Source: Candidatus Enterousia sp. (lineage in GTDB: Bacteria; Pseudomonadota; Alphaproteobacteria; Rs-D84). From it: a stretch of 64,000 bases of DNA. The notes beneath the pieces are model-generated. The model searched no databases, had not been told where the DNA came from, and saw only the letters and a program-made list of their open reading frames with translations. The DNA is taken from NCBI GenBank assembly GCA_045634865.1, contig JAZRBB010000002.1:5088-69087 (forward strand). Reading direction: 5' to 3'. A program made the position numbers and the translations under genes. Every line of letters starts with the position of its first letter. Position 1 is the stretch's first letter. Shown one piece after another: positions 61,397 through 64,000 of the stretch.

Positions 61397-61515
61397 AAAC
61401 ACCGCAATCGCGGTGTTTTTTTACGGCTTGTTTTAACCCTTAGTTTGTGGTATAATTTCTGGCATATGAGAAGAGAGAAAATAAACAATAAATAAACCAA
61501 ATAAAAGGACAGACA

Positions 61516-62031
61516 ATGAAAAGGGTACAACCTAACAAAGACTCTTTTAATAGAGATTCTTATATAAAAGCATTTGAAAAAAATTATAGCGGTAAAGCAA
61601 TTGTTAACTATGATTTAAATTTTTTTAATGTAAAGGTGCTGAATGCAAAAGGAAATGGTTATTTGGATGAAAAACAAATTTATGAAAAAGCTAAACAGGA
61701 TGTTAAAGAAATATGGGAAAAACAGACACCTTATATATCATCATCTTTAGCACAGTCTGGTATAAAAAACCTTCCTGCTTCAGATGCAGTTAGACAAGAA
61801 GTTTTTTATAAAATTATACAACCTTTATATTGGGCATTAGAAAATCCAAATGAACCATTGGCAAAAGAAATCATAAAGCTACAAAAAAGTTTAGAAAAAA
61901 CGGGAAAAGAGCCCCAACAAATAAATAAAAGCGGCAAAATACGCAAGGCAACACAAAAAGTGGCGTTGAATATCATGAAAAGAAAACAGCAAAAAACAAA
62001 ATCAAAAATAGCCCGAGAAATAGACAGATAA
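61516..62031 (+). CDS. lysine-rich hypothetical protein
   Basis: 171 aa; terminator hairpin at 62060-62090. Confidence 0.35.
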   Translation: MKRVQPNKDSFNRDSYIKAFEKNYSGKAIVNYDLNFFNVKVLNAKGNGYLDEKQIYEKAKQDVKEIWEKQTPYISSSLAQSGIKNLPASDAVRQEVFYKIIQPLYWALENPNEPLAKEIIKLQKSLEKTGKEPQQINKSGKIRKATQKVALNIMKRKQQKTKSKIAREIDR

Positions 62032-62105
62032 TCGTTATAAAATTTGAATAAAATAAACAAAAAAACACCCACGTTTGTGGGTGCTTTTTTATAACTGTTG
62101 TATAA

Positions 62106-62250
62106 TTATCTGCCACAGCTGCCAATCCATTTAGAAATGGAAATGTCTTTGTGCAACAAGAAGTCATATTCGCAGTTGCCAGATTTATAAGAACCTGTGC
62201 AAGCAGCCAATGTCAAAACAGCAAACAATGCTAATAATACTTTTTTCATG
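62106..62250 (-). CDS. small Cys-containing lipoprotein (about 47 aa; below ORF-track cutoff; coordinates approximate)
   Basis: Manual translation MKKVLLALFAVLTLAACTGSYKSGNCEYDFLLHKDISISKWIGSCGR; RBS ggagaaaac; lipobox LAAC. Confidence 0.35.
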
Positions 62251-62314
62251 TTTTCTCCTTTTAGGTTTTTACCCGATGACCATTATGATATAATTCCCAT
62301 ACATTTTCAAGTTT

Positions 62315-63610
62315 TTATTTTTTCAATATATCACCAGATTTAATATATTCTGGGGAGTCTTTCTTTGCCTTCTTTTGTGCAGCCTTGGCGTATTTTTTGG
62401 CGTTTTTTTCGTCACCGTTCATTTTATAAAACTCTGCCATTGCCCAGTCCGACGTTGCGCCATTTGATACGCGTGCCAAAATCCAATAAGCCAAAGGTGA
62501 TGGTTCATTTAATATAACACGTCTGCAAAGTTCGCCTGCGCGGTCTGTATCCCCAGGTTTATTACGTTCAGACAATACTAATGCCAAAGCGGTTTCAATT
62601 TGTGGCGCATTATCTGATAGTTTCAGGCTTTGTTCATACGCGTCAATACTGTCATCATAATGCCCGTATTGGTATTCTATGTCCCCCAATAATTCATAGA
62701 AATAGGGCGATTTTGGATGACGTTTAATCAATGTCTGGGTGCCTGTTTTTGCAGTGTCCAGATTCCCTGCGCGCATATTTGCAATCGCGCGCGCATAAAT
62801 TGCAGAATCAGATTTGTCTTTGTATGGGTATCTTGTCAGAACTGTTTTATCATTATCTAAATACCCAACCAATTTGGCACGCAAAATCTCATAGTTTTTA
62901 TTTTCTGTTGCAATCTCTTCAGCAGATTTCTTTGGTATATTTTTTAATTTTTCAATTTTTGTTTTCGCGTTATTCAATCTTTCATTAGTCAATGGGTGAT
63001 TTATACGATTTGGGTTTATGCGACTCTCAAATGCACCGTTTATATCACGCATTTGATTAAAGACCTCAATTAAACCGTTTGGATCTTGGTTTGCTTTGAC
63101 CATCAAATCAACAGCCATATCATCAGCCATACGTTCTTCGTCACGCGTAAATGATAACATAGATTGCTGACCAATGCCTGTAGCCCCAGCCATTACCCCT
63201 GCACCTGCAGATGGATTTCCGCCTGCAACCATCAAGCCAATCCCCAATGCCTGAATAATCATAGTACGCATCATTTCATTTTGCATGCGTTCTGATATTT
63301 GCACCATATGACCGCCAATTGTGTGTCCCAATTCGTGCGCCAGCACAGCCCGCAAAGCATTTGGTGATTTAATTTGTTTTAACAGACCTGTATAAACAAA
63401 GATATCTTCGCCACCACGAACGAAAGCATTAAAATTATCATCGCGAACGATATACACTTTTAATCTGTCTTCTGGTATGTTTGCAACTTTGGCAATCGGT
63501 GCAACAATTTTTGCAATTCCTGATTCTATTTCTGTGTCGTTAATCAGGGTTGCAGCATTTCCGCCAAACCCAACAAGCAAAGCAAATAAAATTACCAATA
63601 TGCGTTTCAT
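62315..63610 (-). CDS. bepA: M48 metalloprotease with TPR repeats (BepA/YfgC-like)
   Basis: Signal peptide; HELGH; C-terminal TPR repeats. Confidence 0.75.
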   Translation of the reverse strand: MKRILVILFALLVGFGGNAATLINDTEIESGIAKIVAPIAKVANIPEDRLKVYIVRDDNFNAFVRGGEDIFVYTGLLKQIKSPNALRAVLAHELGHTIGGHMVQISERMQNEMMRTMIIQALGIGLMVAGGNPSAGAGVMAGATGIGQQSMLSFTRDEERMADDMAVDLMVKANQDPNGLIEVFNQMRDINGAFESRINPNRINHPLTNERLNNAKTKIEKLKNIPKKSAEEIATENKNYEILRAKLVGYLDNDKTVLTRYPYKDKSDSAIYARAIANMRAGNLDTAKTGTQTLIKRHPKSPYFYELLGDIEYQYGHYDDSIDAYEQSLKLSDNAPQIETALALVLSERNKPGDTDRAGELCRRVILNEPSPLAYWILARVSNGATSDWAMAEFYKMNGDEKNAKKYAKAAQKKAKKDSPEYIKSGDILKK

Positions 63611-64000
63611 TATGCACCTGCGATTGTTGAACAGTCAAAAATCTGACGTAATGTTGCTGCCCAGACTTTGTCATCGTCATTATTATTCATTGCGGCAGTT
63701 TGTGCCAACTTGAATAAATCCCTGTGTTCGCGATAATTTACAAAATGATATTGTATCCATCCGCTTTGTTTCGTTCCCAATAATTCGCCAACACCACGCA
63801 TCATTAAATCTTGTTCTGCAATGGCAAAGCCATCTTCGGTTTCGCATAATACATCCAATCGTTTCAGACCATCAGGGGTTATGTTGTTTCCATATAACAA
63901 TATGCAATATGATTGCAAAGAACCACGTCCCACGCGTCCGCGCAATTGGTGCAATGCTGCCAGTCCAAATCTTTCTGCATTTTCAATCACCATAATTGTT
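63610..64000 (-). CDS. recG: ATP-dependent DNA helicase RecG, C-terminal part (gene continues past window end)
   Basis: Helicase motif [14 protein letters not shown] plus RecG C-terminal tail. Confidence 0.8.
   Translation of the reverse strand, partial: TIMVIENAERFGLAALHQLRGRVGRGSLQSYCILLYGNNITPDGLKRLDVLCETEDGFAIAEQDLMMRGVGELLGTKQSGWIQYHFVNYREHRDLFKLAQTAAMNNNDDDKVWAATLRQIFDCSTIAGA

Overview
Low-GC (about 37%) bacterial chromosomal window, most likely from an alphaproteobacterium of a Rickettsiales/Holosporales-like intracellular lineage. Two things point that way (inference). The core gene order bamA-rseP-cdsA-uppS-frr and lptE-holA-map-radC is typical of alphaproteobacteria. A partial VirB7/B8/B8/B9-like type IV secretion locus and a VirB11-like ATPase resemble the scattered vir-homolog systems of that group. 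Housekeeping genes (tgt, rpmG, gap, miaA, priA, lpxI, birA, PBP1A, ligA, an msbA-like ABC exporter, a bepA-like M48 protease, recG) are interrupted by three accessory blocks. (1) A tRNA-Asp/tRNA-Glu-linked island at 6.3-14.5 kb carries a HExxH protein, a nucleoside phosphorylase, an MFS transporter, a HicA/HicB toxin-antitoxin pair, an OMP, an orphan MuF-domain protein with an overlapping lipoprotein, and a modular family of intergenic repeats. (2) A T7-like (Autographiviridae-like) structural cassette at 29.7-44 kb comprises scaffold, a KAAK-repeat histone-like basic protein, gp10-like capsid, gp11/gp12-like tail tube proteins, a tail-fibre N-terminal stub, a large terminase split by a 3.3 kb insertion that carries dnaB, a CI/LexA-like repressor and an unknown gene, and a gp8-like portal placed after the terminase. 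It lacks RNAP, DNAP and the gp14-16 internal core proteins. (3) A tRNA-Ala/tRNA-His locus with att-like direct repeats. Five tRNAs, no rRNA, no CRISPR. Several intergenic repeat and hairpin families are noted.
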